NCBI GenBank assembly: GCA_963667845.2
Contig: CAXXVL010000002.1
Location: forward strand, 2,688,001 to 2,752,000
Direction: 5' to 3'
Length of the DNA: 64,000 nt
Source: Smithellaceae bacterium
GTDB taxonomy: Bacteria; Desulfobacterota; Syntrophia; Syntrophales; Smithellaceae
Numbering within the stretch: position 1 is the stretch's first letter; every line of letters starts with the position of its first letter. A model generated the notes under the pieces. The model worked only from the letters and a program-made list of their open reading frames with translations, did no database searches and had not been told where the DNA came from. Shown one piece after another: positions 51,756-60,867 of the stretch. A program made the position numbers and the translations under genes.

Positions 51756-52733
51756 TTACTCGAAATTGATCGCGCCCGGCCACAAATAGTAAAAGCCCGC
51801 CCGCACTTTTAATATTTCCGGAAGATCGATATTGACCAGGGAAATATTGGCGGCGTCCGGAGCGGACGCGCGATAATAGTTGTCCTCGGGGACGTCATTG
51901 CGCCGGTAGACGATGACGCGCGCGTCATCGGCAAGTCCGGCAATCTTTCGGGTCTCTTTAACCGCATCCCGAATATAGCCGATTTTATCAATGAGCTTCA
52001 AACGCAATGCGTCATCGGCGACAAACACGCGGGCCGTGGATACTTCTTTTAGAGCCTTTTCGTCAAGCTTGCGGTGTTTTTGCACCAGCCCAATGAACCG
52101 GTTGCCGAAAGTCTCGACGGTTTTCTGCATCAGCCTCTTTTCCTCGTCACTCGATTCCCGGAAAGGCGAGCCCATATCCTTATTTTCACCGAATTTATTG
52201 ACTTCAACGCCCAGGCCGATTTTGTTCATCAGGCCTATGGCTTTCGGCCGCATGAAAATGACGCCGACGGAACCCGTCAAGGTCGTCGGATGAGCCATGA
52301 TCAGGTCCGCGGGCAGTGACAGATAATAACCGCCGGAGGCGGCGAGATCCATCATGATCACGCCGACTTTGTTGCCGGTTTTCGTTTTGTACAGGAGGAT
52401 CTCATGATAAATAAGATCACTGGCGGTAATCGTTCCGCCCGGCGAATTGACCTTCAACAAGACGGCTTTAATCTGCGGATCGTTCTGGGCTTTGTTCAGC
52501 TGAACGACTACTTGTTCAACCAGACTGGGCGACGTGGAAAACAGACCCTCTTTCGGCGCATCCGAAATCATCCCGCTGATCGGAATGATCAGGATTTTAT
52601 CTTTCCCTTTTCCTTCCAATGTAAATTCGCGAAGGGGGTTGGGCGTCGTATCAAAAATATTCAGCCGCGGGGCCGAGCAGGCGGCAAGCAACAACAGCGA
52701 GCACAGGGCACTGAGGAAGAGTAATTTTTTCAT
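51756..52733 (-). CDS. sppA: Signal peptide peptidase SppA (S49), lipoprotein
   Basis: LAAC lipobox, VNSPGG, AASGGYY, TGSVGV. Confidence 0.88.
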   Translation of the reverse strand: MKKLLFLSALCSLLLLAACSAPRLNIFDTTPNPLREFTLEGKGKDKILIIPISGMISDAPKEGLFSTSPSLVEQVVVQLNKAQNDPQIKAVLLKVNSPGGTITASDLIYHEILLYKTKTGNKVGVIMMDLAASGGYYLSLPADLIMAHPTTLTGSVGVIFMRPKAIGLMNKIGLGVEVNKFGENKDMGSPFRESSDEEKRLMQKTVETFGNRFIGLVQKHRKLDEKALKEVSTARVFVADDALRLKLIDKIGYIRDAVKETRKIAGLADDARVIVYRRNDVPEDNYYRASAPDAANISLVNIDLPEILKVRAGFYYLWPGAINFE

Positions 52734-52757
52734 AGGTGTTTCCTTTCTTTAAAGCAC

Positions 52758-54125
52758 TTACTTCATTAGTTTCAGGAATAATTTTATCAAACCGCCCCTA
52801 TCGGGGGCGGCACTATCGATCGGATCGGCAAGATTGCAACTGTGCAAAATACTTTTCGTGTGAGAAAACGTCTCAAAGCTGTAGCGGCCGTGATATCGGC
52901 CGAGCCCGCTCGATCCCAGGCCGCCGAAAGGCAGGTAGGGCGACACGATATGCATCAGGGTGTTATTGACCGCGCCGCCGCCGAACGATGTTTCACAAAT
53001 AATTTTTCGACGGGCCGCCTTATCGTTGACGAACGCATACAAAGACAGCGGATGGGGCCGGGCATTGATCCGGTGAATGATTTCATCCAAATCCTTATAG
53101 GCGATGATGGGCAGAAGGGGCCCGAAAATTTCATCCTGCATGACCCCGTCATCCCAGTCCGCCGGATAAAGCAGTGTCGGTTCGATATAACGGTCGGCAG
53201 CGACCGTTTTGCCGCCGTAAATAATTTTGGATGGATCGATCAACGCGGTAAGGCGCCGGAAGTGTCGATCATTGATAATGCGGCAGTAGCGCGGGTGCTT
53301 TGAGGCATCTTCACCGTAAAATTTTATGATGATCTTGATCATTTCATCAATAAACGCATCCTTGACCGATTCGTGGACCAAAACGTAATCCGGCGCGATG
53401 CAGGTTTGCCCGGCGTTGAGGAATTTCCCCAAGCCGACCCGGCGGGCAGCCGTTCCCAGATTCGCGCTTTCGTGGACGATCGCCGGACTTTTGCCGCCCA
53501 GCTCGAGCGTAAGCGGTATCAGATTTTTGGCCGCAGCGGTCATGACGATCTTCCCTACCGCGACGCTGCCGGTAAAAAAAATATAGTCGAACGGCAGTTC
53601 GAGGAGTGCCTGTGTCTCCGATGCCGCGCCGCAAACCACATGAATGTAGCCGCGGGGAAAGGCCTGGTTGAAGATTCTTTCCATGACGGATGAAGTGTGG
53701 GCAGAAAGTTCCGACGGTTTGAGGATCGCCGTGTTGCCGGCGGCAATCGCTCCGATGAGCGGCATGAGGAGAAGCTGAAAAGGATAATTCCAGGGTGCGA
53801 TGATGAGCGTCACCCCGTAGGGTTCTTTGTAGATATAACTGCGGGCGGGCTTCATGAAAAAAGGAGTGAAAACTCTTTCACGCGCCGCCCAGTCGCGGAG
53901 ATGGCGAATGGTAAATTTGATTTCATGATAGAAGCCGGCAAGTTCCGTTGCAGAAGCATCTGTTTCTTCTTTATGCAAGTCGGCGTAAATAGCGGCAAGA
54001 ATTTCTTTCTCGTTCGCTGCGATGACTTCCCTGAGCTTTTTGAGGGACGCAATACGGAAACCAATGTCGCGCGATTTTCCAGAGCGGAAAAAATTCTTTT
54101 GTTCCTGATAGAGATCGCTAAACAT
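52758..54125 (-). CDS. Aldehyde dehydrogenase (ALDH3-like)
   Basis: PWNYP, KPSE, FTGS, LELGGKSP, GQTCIAPD, EIFGP, PFGG. Confidence 0.92.
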   Translation of the reverse strand: MFSDLYQEQKNFFRSGKSRDIGFRIASLKKLREVIAANEKEILAAIYADLHKEETDASATELAGFYHEIKFTIRHLRDWAARERVFTPFFMKPARSYIYKEPYGVTLIIAPWNYPFQLLLMPLIGAIAAGNTAILKPSELSAHTSSVMERIFNQAFPRGYIHVVCGAASETQALLELPFDYIFFTGSVAVGKIVMTAAAKNLIPLTLELGGKSPAIVHESANLGTAARRVGLGKFLNAGQTCIAPDYVLVHESVKDAFIDEMIKIIIKFYGEDASKHPRYCRIINDRHFRRLTALIDPSKIIYGGKTVAADRYIEPTLLYPADWDDGVMQDEIFGPLLPIIAYKDLDEIIHRINARPHPLSLYAFVNDKAARRKIICETSFGGGAVNNTLMHIVSPYLPFGGLGSSGLGRYHGRYSFETFSHTKSILHSCNLADPIDSAAPDRGGLIKLFLKLMK

Positions 54126-54338
54126 CAGGTTCTCCCTGCTGAATTTCGCCAAAAGGCTGCGTTAAGCCCGGCCATCACAAAATCAAAGCCAATTTAGTAT
54201 ATGCGCAAGGGGAATGGGTGTCAAGGAGATGGCAGCTAAATGCCGTATATTGAAGGTGGACAAAAAGATTTGATTCATGTAAATCAGCGCATCACGTAAT
54301 CACAAGTATCAAAAAGCTTAAAGCCGGAAAGGCAAGCC

Positions 54339-55136
54339 ATGGATATAGTGCACGCGGTCGTTTTGGGGTTGGTCCAGGGATTGGGAGAATTCCTGCCGAT
54401 ATCGAGTTCGGCGCATCTGGTTTTGGTTCCCTGGTTAATGGGCTGGGCGGATCCCGGCCTCACCTTTGATATCGCTTTGCACGTCGGAACGCTGATTGCC
54501 GTTGTGCTTTACTTCTGGAATGATTGGATCAACCTGTTGCATAGAGGGTTTACGAAACCCAAAGAGAGGGAAGGGAAACTTTTTTGGTATCTGGTCCTTG
54601 CGACCATCCCCGGTGCCCTCATTGGTTTCGGGCTGGAAAAGATTGCTGAAACAATTTTTCGCAATCCCGTTCTCATTGCCTGCATGCTGATCCTCCTGGG
54701 CGTCATTCTTTATTTGGCTGACCGGAAGGGCAAGAAACAAATTGATGTCCAGCATATTTCGCTCAAGACCAGTTTTCTGATCGGTCTTTCACAGGCTCTG
54801 GCGATTATTCCCGGCGTATCACGCTCGGGCGTGACGATGACAACAGCGCTCGCATTGGGAATGACCCGGGAAGGCGCAGCACGTTTTTCCTTTCTGCTTT
54901 CCGCGCCGATTATTCTGGGGGCTGCGCTGGTCAAGGTGCCGGCGCTGATCGCCAATCCGGCCATGATTGACGCCGGCTTTCTCACAGGCATGGCCGTTTC
55001 CTGCGTCTCCGGGCTCCTCGCCATCGGTTTTTTACTGCGCTACGTGCAAACCAGAACGTTTATGCCTTTTGTGATTTATCGTTTTGCGCTGGGTGCGCTG
55101 GTTCTGGGTTTTGCTTTTTACCGCTTCACGGCATAG
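54339..55136 (+). CDS. uppP: Undecaprenyl-diphosphate phosphatase
   Basis: QGLGEFLPISSSAHL, PGVSRSG, AARFSFLL. Confidence 0.95.
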   Translation: MDIVHAVVLGLVQGLGEFLPISSSAHLVLVPWLMGWADPGLTFDIALHVGTLIAVVLYFWNDWINLLHRGFTKPKEREGKLFWYLVLATIPGALIGFGLEKIAETIFRNPVLIACMLILLGVILYLADRKGKKQIDVQHISLKTSFLIGLSQALAIIPGVSRSGVTMTTALALGMTREGAARFSFLLSAPIILGAALVKVPALIANPAMIDAGFLTGMAVSCVSGLLAIGFLLRYVQTRTFMPFVIYRFALGALVLGFAFYRFTA

Positions 55137-55142
55137 CCGGTT

Positions 55143-56345
55143 TTAAAGTTTGTTTTGAATATCCTTTTCGTCTGGTGCCTGATCGTCCAGAACCGGTTCT
55201 TCGAGCAGATGACTGGGCAGGAAAAACCTATTGGCAATCAGCGTCGGGATAACAGCACTGGCAATTACCGCTCCGACAATCAATGAATACTGCGTCTGTG
55301 AAATGATGTTGTTGGAAAGGCCGTATAACGCTGAGATCGTTCCGAAGGTCAGGCCGGTACTCATCAGCAGGGTATAATACCATTTCTCCTTCTTATCCTC
55401 TCGAAAATGCCGAATGGCCGGATACAGGCCCAATATCTTGGAGGCGACTTTCCCGCCGAGCAGCAGAAGAAAAATAGCAAATCCGGACAATAGCGCCGGG
55501 ATGGACACGAGCGCTCCTGCTCTGAGAAAATACAAAGGAGTCAAAAAGCCCACCGTCAGCGTCCTTAAGCGCCGGACAAAATGACCGTCCTGTTCCATCG
55601 TACGCGCCAAAACCATGCCCAGAACATATGCGGGTAGAACCGGTTCGCTTCCGGACCATGCGGCCAGGACGCCCATAGCCAATAGGATGAAGATAATCCA
55701 TTTGGCCCGAATGGCTGCAGTTTTGTAAGCGAAACGTTTGATGAGGTAATCTGTCATCGGGCGCAGCGCAAAAATCATTACGATTGTTACCGCAATGAAT
55801 ATGACCGTTTTGTATGTGAAAGGCGCGAAGATCAATCCCAGGGCGATGACGGTTCCCAGGTCGTTTACGAAACAGGCTCCCAGGACGCCTTTTCCGAATT
55901 CAGTTTTATTGAAACCATATTCCAGCATAACCGCATAGACAACCGCCATGGAGGTGGTGGATAAGGCGATGCCGCACAGCAAACTGGCCTGAAGGTTCCA
56001 GCCGATGAGATAGTAGGCGATCAGAAAACAGCCGATGAACGGAGCCGAAAAGCCGATCATGCCGATGACGGAGACTTCCTTAATTTTTGTTTTCATGGCG
56101 TCGGGATTAAGCTCCGCGCCTGCGAGAAACGTCAGCAGAACAGCACCGACGCCGGTGCAGAATTTCATCCAGTCGGCATTGAGCGACAGGTTATCGAAAT
56201 AGCCGAGCTGGAAGGCGGCAAAGCCGGCGACGGCGCCGACCATGATTTCCATGAGCGCGATTGATATTTTGAGACGATTGGCTAAAATGGTCGACAGGAC
56301 GGCGGCAAAAAACCAGAATGCCGCGACAAGATAGATTTTTTCCAT
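55143..56345 (-). CDS. Cation:proton antiporter (CPA2-like)
   Basis: About 12 TM segments, FLAGAE, ALSTTSMAVV, FVNDLG, GFLTPLYF. Confidence 0.85.
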   Translation of the reverse strand: MEKIYLVAAFWFFAAVLSTILANRLKISIALMEIMVGAVAGFAAFQLGYFDNLSLNADWMKFCTGVGAVLLTFLAGAELNPDAMKTKIKEVSVIGMIGFSAPFIGCFLIAYYLIGWNLQASLLCGIALSTTSMAVVYAVMLEYGFNKTEFGKGVLGACFVNDLGTVIALGLIFAPFTYKTVIFIAVTIVMIFALRPMTDYLIKRFAYKTAAIRAKWIIFILLAMGVLAAWSGSEPVLPAYVLGMVLARTMEQDGHFVRRLRTLTVGFLTPLYFLRAGALVSIPALLSGFAIFLLLLGGKVASKILGLYPAIRHFREDKKEKWYYTLLMSTGLTFGTISALYGLSNNIISQTQYSLIVGAVIASAVIPTLIANRFFLPSHLLEEPVLDDQAPDEKDIQNKL

Positions 56346-56371
56346 GCGATGACTCCTTATCGAGAAATGTG

Positions 56372-56420
56372 TCAGGAGTCATCAGCGGCAGAGGCGGTTA
56401 AAGGTGAACCCCATCACCTG
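56372..56420 (-). ncRNA. Fluoride riboswitch (crcB motif), translational platform
   Basis: Minus strand CAGGTGATGGGGTTCACCTTTAACCGC-N7-GCTGATGACTCCTG matches the GG.GATGG.GTTC.CC...AACCGC...GCTGATGAC.CCT consensus; its 3' end is complementary to the downstream SD region. Confidence 0.9.
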
Positions 56421-56564
56421 CGCGAAAAAGAGGATTTCTTTATACGGCGGAAGCGACGTAACAAAAGAACGTTTCTATGTCAATGGATTATTTAATCATT
56501 GAAAAATCATAAAAATATCTTTCTTTTCTTCTTCGAAGGAAGATAGCCGGTCTTTGGATTATGA

Positions 56565-56604
56565 AAGTGTCACACTGCCCTGTTTAGCGGGCAGTGTGAC
56601 ACTT
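56565..56604 (-). terminator. Terminator-like hairpin after the GGGtGRT gene
   Basis: Perfect 16-bp inverted repeat AAGTGTCACACTGCCC/GGGCAGTGTGACACTT. Confidence 0.75.
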
Positions 56605-56616
56605 GATAGACATTGG

Positions 56617-57615
56617 CTATTTCATTGCCTGTTCCACAGCAACCGCGACAGCGACCGAAGCGCCCACCATGGGATTATTGCCCATGCCGATTAATCCCAT
56701 CATTTCCACATGAGCGGGAACGGACGATGAACCGGCAAACTGCGCGTCGGAGTGCATGCGTCCCATCGTGTCGGTCATACCGTAGGATGCCGGCCCTGCG
56801 GCCACGTTGTCGGGATGAAGCGTTCTTCCTGTTCCGCCGCCGGATGCCACCGAGAAGAACTTCTTTCCTGCGAGCAGGCGTTCTTTTTTGTACACCCCCA
56901 TGACCGGATGCTGGAAACGCGTCGGGTTGGTGGAATTCCCCGTAATGGCCACATCCACGCCTTCCAGGTGCATGATGGCCACACCCTCGCGCACATCATC
57001 CGCGCCGTAACAACGGACCGCTGCACGGTCACCCGTGGAATAAGCTTTTTCCTTCGCCACGGAGACCTTCCCCGTTTTATAGTCAAAAGCTGTTGCGACG
57101 TGGGTAAATCCATTGACACGCGCGATAATGTGAGCCGCGTCCTTTCCTAAACCATTCAGGATGACGCGCAGAGGTTTTTTTCGTGCCTTGTTGGCGGATT
57201 TGGCGAGGCCGATAGCGCCCTCCGCTGCGGCGAATGATTCGTGCCCCGCGCAGAAAGCGAAGCAGGTGGTTTCTTCGCGCAGAAGCATAGAGGCTAAATT
57301 CCCATGACCGATCCCTACCTGACGATCATCGGCGACAGAGCCGGGAATGCAGAACGACTGGAGCCCTTCGCCCAGCGTTTCGGCAATGTCGGCTGCATTT
57401 TTCTGCCCCTTCTTAATCGCGGCGGCAGCGCCCACCAGATAGGCCCATCCGGCGTTTTCAAATGAAATCGGCTGAATATCTTTTACAATTTTTCTGACAT
57501 CAACGCCTTTCCCGATGCATACTTTTTCGGCTTCCTCTAAAGAGGAAATTCCGTATTTGGCGAGAAAAGGAGTGATCTGTTTGATTCTTCGTTCGTATCC
57601 TTCAAATAGTGCCAT
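56617..57615 (-). CDS. GGGtGRT family protein (function unknown)
   Basis: Signature VASGGGTGRTLHPDN; GHESFAAAEG; MHSDAQFAGSSSVPAH. Confidence 0.9.
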   Translation of the reverse strand: MALFEGYERRIKQITPFLAKYGISSLEEAEKVCIGKGVDVRKIVKDIQPISFENAGWAYLVGAAAAIKKGQKNAADIAETLGEGLQSFCIPGSVADDRQVGIGHGNLASMLLREETTCFAFCAGHESFAAAEGAIGLAKSANKARKKPLRVILNGLGKDAAHIIARVNGFTHVATAFDYKTGKVSVAKEKAYSTGDRAAVRCYGADDVREGVAIMHLEGVDVAITGNSTNPTRFQHPVMGVYKKERLLAGKKFFSVASGGGTGRTLHPDNVAAGPASYGMTDTMGRMHSDAQFAGSSSVPAHVEMMGLIGMGNNPMVGASVAVAVAVEQAMK

Positions 57616-57626
57616 TTTCCTACTCC

Positions 57627-58319
57627 TTATCCTTTACGTGGGTTAATAATTTTTACGGCTTCGGCAAAGCGGCCGTATGTCCCGGTTGCTTTGGCCAGCG
57701 CGGCGGCCGGTTCCATTCCCTTGGCGATGTTATCCATCATGACGCCCAGCTGAACGAACTTGTAACCGATAATTTCGCTGTCGCTGTCGAGACCGATTTC
57801 AGTGACATAACCTTCAGCCATCTCCAGATACCGGGGACCTTTTTCCCTGGTGCCGTACATCGTGGCGATCACGCTCCTAAGGCCCTTGCCCAGATCTTCC
57901 AGACCCGCACCAATAGGAAGTCCGCCTTCAGAAAACGCGGTTTGTGTGCGGCCATAAACGATCTGGAGAAAGATTTCCCGCATGGCCACGTTTATCGCGT
58001 CACAGACGAGGTCGGAATTCAGTGCTTCCAGAATTGTTTTATGCGGCAAAATTTCTGCAGCCATTGCCGCGGAATGAGTCATTCCTGTGCAGCCGATACA
58101 TTCCACCAGCGCTTCTTCGATGATGCCTTTTTTTACATTGAGCGTCAATTTGCAGGCGCCCTGCTGGGGGGCGCACCAGCCAACGCCGTGGGTGAGGCCG
58201 CTGATGTCTTTAATTTCTTTGACCTGAGTCCAGCCGCCCTCCTGAGGGATTGGAGCGGGGCCATTCTTGGCACCCTTGGCGACTACGCACATCTGTTCGA
58301 CTTCATGAGTGTGTTCCAT
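57627..58319 (-). CDS. IscU/NifU-N-like protein partnered with the GGGtGRT protein
   Basis: GVGWCAPQQGACKL, CIGCTGMTHS, LVCDAIN cysteine pattern; GGAG RBS. Confidence 0.8.
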   Translation of the reverse strand: MEHTHEVEQMCVVAKGAKNGPAPIPQEGGWTQVKEIKDISGLTHGVGWCAPQQGACKLTLNVKKGIIEEALVECIGCTGMTHSAAMAAEILPHKTILEALNSDLVCDAINVAMREIFLQIVYGRTQTAFSEGGLPIGAGLEDLGKGLRSVIATMYGTREKGPRYLEMAEGYVTEIGLDSDSEIIGYKFVQLGVMMDNIAKGMEPAAALAKATGTYGRFAEAVKIINPRKG

Positions 58320-58370
58320 AAAAAAATCTCCTTCCAGTCATATTCTTTCCTTTCTTTAAAAAAGTTGTTG

Positions 58371-59162
58371 CTATTCTGATAAAGTACCAGATAGCTTTTC
58401 TATTTGAGCAATTACCCGGTTTATGTCATCCGTCTGCCCTTGCGTCCGGGAAAGCGGGGCTTCGATGGCCGCGAGTTCTTCATGCATATAGCTGGTCGCC
58501 TGGATGCGCATTGCGTCTATAGCATTATTGACGCTTTTTTCCCACTGATAGGCCAGACGCGACAGATTGATTTTTACTTCTTTCGGAACGCCTTTAATAA
58601 AATGCCGTTCGAATATCCGCCGGAACAGAAACATGGGAATCAGAAACCACAAGAGATCCAGGTGAACGTCGAAGGATTTGGTGAAGGCAATGCCCGGGTG
58701 GTCGGGTTCAACCACATCGATTTTCCAATCGACTCCCGCCAGCCTTAGAACCAGCACATTTTCAATATTGTCGCCAAGGAATTTGCAGAATGCCGAAAGT
58801 GATCGCGAAAAGCTCGCGTGGGCTTTTTTCTGCGTACCCAGAAAATTGACGTGTTCGGTTTTGGAAAGCCCGCCCATCTCATCAGAGAGCGTTTCAGACA
58901 CCCAGGCCTCAGAACGCCGGGAGAGTTTCCAGGGATTGCCCTGCCGGGGCGGCATGTCTTCTTCCGGTCTGCTTTTAACCTTGTTAATGAGGGGCGCTAA
59001 GAACGGTTCCAGATAGGCTTCAATCAAGGGGCGGGTTTGCCGTTGGTGCTCACGGGAGATAATGCCCAGTGCGGCCAGTTGCTTTTCAAGAGACGCCATG
59101 GAAAAATTGTTTACGGCGGCGGAATGAAGATGGAGCAGATCTCGTATTGAGGGCAGGGACAT
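58371..59162 (-). pseudogene. Bacterial dynamin-family-like remnant lacking the GTPase domain
   Basis: Helical C-terminal half (FD.HLDLLWFLIPM...NLSRLAYQWE) recalled from dynamin-family proteins; no GxxxxGKS P-loop; the ORF-track start (59204) falls inside the riboswitch terminator. Confidence 0.5.
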
Positions 59163-59180
59163 TGGATTTGCAGAGGTCAC

Positions 59181-59258
59181 AAAAAACTCCCACGGTTCTA
59201 ACATGGATCGTAGGAGTCATCAGCAATTCGTGCGGTTAAAGGTGAACCCCATCGCCTG
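59181..59258 (-). ncRNA. Fluoride riboswitch (crcB motif) with intrinsic-terminator platform
   Basis: Minus strand CAGGCGATGGGGTTCACCTTTAACCGC-N7-GCTGATGACTCCTAC; ACTCCTACG pairs with CGTGGGAGT, followed by TTTTT. Confidence 0.9.
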
Positions 59259-59346
59259 TTGTTATTTGATAACAGAATGTCGAAGGGCATGTCAAGTTTT
59301 TAGAGGTTAGTATAGAAGGATAAACTATCTGCACAGGGGAGGTGAG

Positions 59347-59380
59347 AAAAAAGAGCGCCGGTGAAAAACCGGCGCTCTTT
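59347..59380 (-). terminator. Intrinsic terminator of the MFS gene
   Basis: AAAGAGCGCCGGT...ACCGGCGCTCTTT with an adjacent A-run on the + strand. Confidence 0.8.
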
Positions 59381-59408
59381 GAATTAATGTGCGAAGAACT
59401 CTGCCTTA

Positions 59409-60650
59409 TTATTTATACTCTGACACGTGCTTAGGTCGTGTGAACAGCAGAGCGATAATAAACCCGACAATCAGGCATCCGGCCGCCGTATAAAGAGACT
59501 GTTGTTTGTTGAATTCGGCGAACACAAAACCGCCGACAACACCCGCAACGCCCCACGCTGTCAGCAGGAAGCCATAAACTTTGCCGATGTTCGTCGGACC
59601 AAACGAGTCCGCGGCAAAAGACGGCATGACGGCGAAACCGCCGCCGAGGCAGGCCAGCAGATAACAGGCAATGATCGTGAAGATGAGTACGCTCGAGACC
59701 TGGGGAAGAAGGATGTAAAGAATCGCCTGGGTCAAAAACATGGTCATGTAAGTGCCCTTGCGGCCGATTTTGTCGGATACCGCCGCCCAGAAAAGACGGC
59801 CCAGACCGTTGAAAATGGAAGCCGTGGCCAGAACACCGCCGCCCAGAACAGCCAGTTTTGCCGGATCATCGATGCCTTGAGCCAATTTAATGACTTCCTG
59901 CGCCATGGGAGAGAGTTTGGATAAAAGCCCCATGCCGGCGGTAACATTTAAGAAAAGCATGAACCAGAGCATATACCACTGGCGGGTTTTCTTTGCTTCG
60001 GCCCAGCCGAAGGAATCCGCTGCACTGACTGTTGTTGCCGAAGGCTTAAAGCCCTTGGGAAGCCATCCTGCGGGCGGGTTTCTCAGAGTCAGAGCCGCAA
60101 GAGCACAAAGAACCAGATAAACAGCTCCCAGGATAAGAAACGCATTGGCTACGCCGACTTTAACGATTAGGCCGGGAATGATCATTCCGATGAAAAACGC
60201 GCCGAAACCGAATCCCATCACAGCCAGACCGGTGATCAAGCCCCGTTTATCCGGGAACCAGCGGATCAGTGTCGCGATTGGAACAACATAGGTCAGACCG
60301 TTTCCGACACCGGCGACCACGCCGTACCCGAAGAGAAGAAACCAGAAGTTTCCTGAATACAGGGCCACGCCACCCAGCAAAACGCCGATGCCGTATAAGC
60401 AGGCGCCGAGCGTCGCAACAAACTTGGGACCTTTCTTATCTACCAGCATGCCGCCGAATGCCGCGGAAATACCGATGACACCGATGATTAACATAAAGAC
60501 ACGAGATACGACTTTTACTTCCCAGCCATGCAGGGCCGCAATGGGTTTAACAAAGACTGACCAGGCGTAAACCGTGCCCAAAATCAGCATGATGATGACG
60601 CCCGCGAGGGCGAGAAACCATCGCTTACTCTCCAAATTCTCATTAGCCAT
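59409..60650 (-). CDS. OFA (oxalate:formate antiporter) family MFS transporter
   Basis: G.VYAWSVF, WFPDKRGLITG, FNGLGRLFW..SDKIGR, YGFLLTAWG. Confidence 0.88.
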   Translation of the reverse strand: MANENLESKRWFLALAGVIIMLILGTVYAWSVFVKPIAALHGWEVKVVSRVFMLIIGVIGISAAFGGMLVDKKGPKFVATLGACLYGIGVLLGGVALYSGNFWFLLFGYGVVAGVGNGLTYVVPIATLIRWFPDKRGLITGLAVMGFGFGAFFIGMIIPGLIVKVGVANAFLILGAVYLVLCALAALTLRNPPAGWLPKGFKPSATTVSAADSFGWAEAKKTRQWYMLWFMLFLNVTAGMGLLSKLSPMAQEVIKLAQGIDDPAKLAVLGGGVLATASIFNGLGRLFWAAVSDKIGRKGTYMTMFLTQAILYILLPQVSSVLIFTIIACYLLACLGGGFAVMPSFAADSFGPTNIGKVYGFLLTAWGVAGVVGGFVFAEFNKQQSLYTAAGCLIVGFIIALLFTRPKHVSEYK

Positions 60651-60789
60651 ACTTTACTTCCTCCCTTGCCTTTATGAATAAAGGCTGAATTTAGTTGGTG
60701 ACTCTATAAAAACCTTCTTATAAGAATGATGAAGGGCTTTATTTTTCGATATAAAAAGATCAAAAATGACTGAGAGTCTTATACATAAA

Positions 60790-60817
60790 GAATATGCCCC
60801 TGACAAGGGGCATATTC
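60790..60817 (-). terminator. Hairpin after the formate dehydrogenase gene
   Basis: GAATATGCCCCT-GACA-AGGGGCATATTC; short U-tract on the minus strand. Confidence 0.6.
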
Positions 60818-60867
60818 AGTTTTTTAACATGTTTTATGTAGCATAATATTTTGCCGGCTTTCCGTGA

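Noticed and set aside
57609..58379. 256-aa plus-strand ORF
   Set aside because: Antisense shadow of the IscU-like gene with no recognisable motifs
59163..59204. ORF-track start (MLEPWEFF) of the dynamin-like ORF
   Set aside because: It lies inside the riboswitch terminator hairpin; starts at 59180 (GTG) or 59162 (ATG) are more plausible
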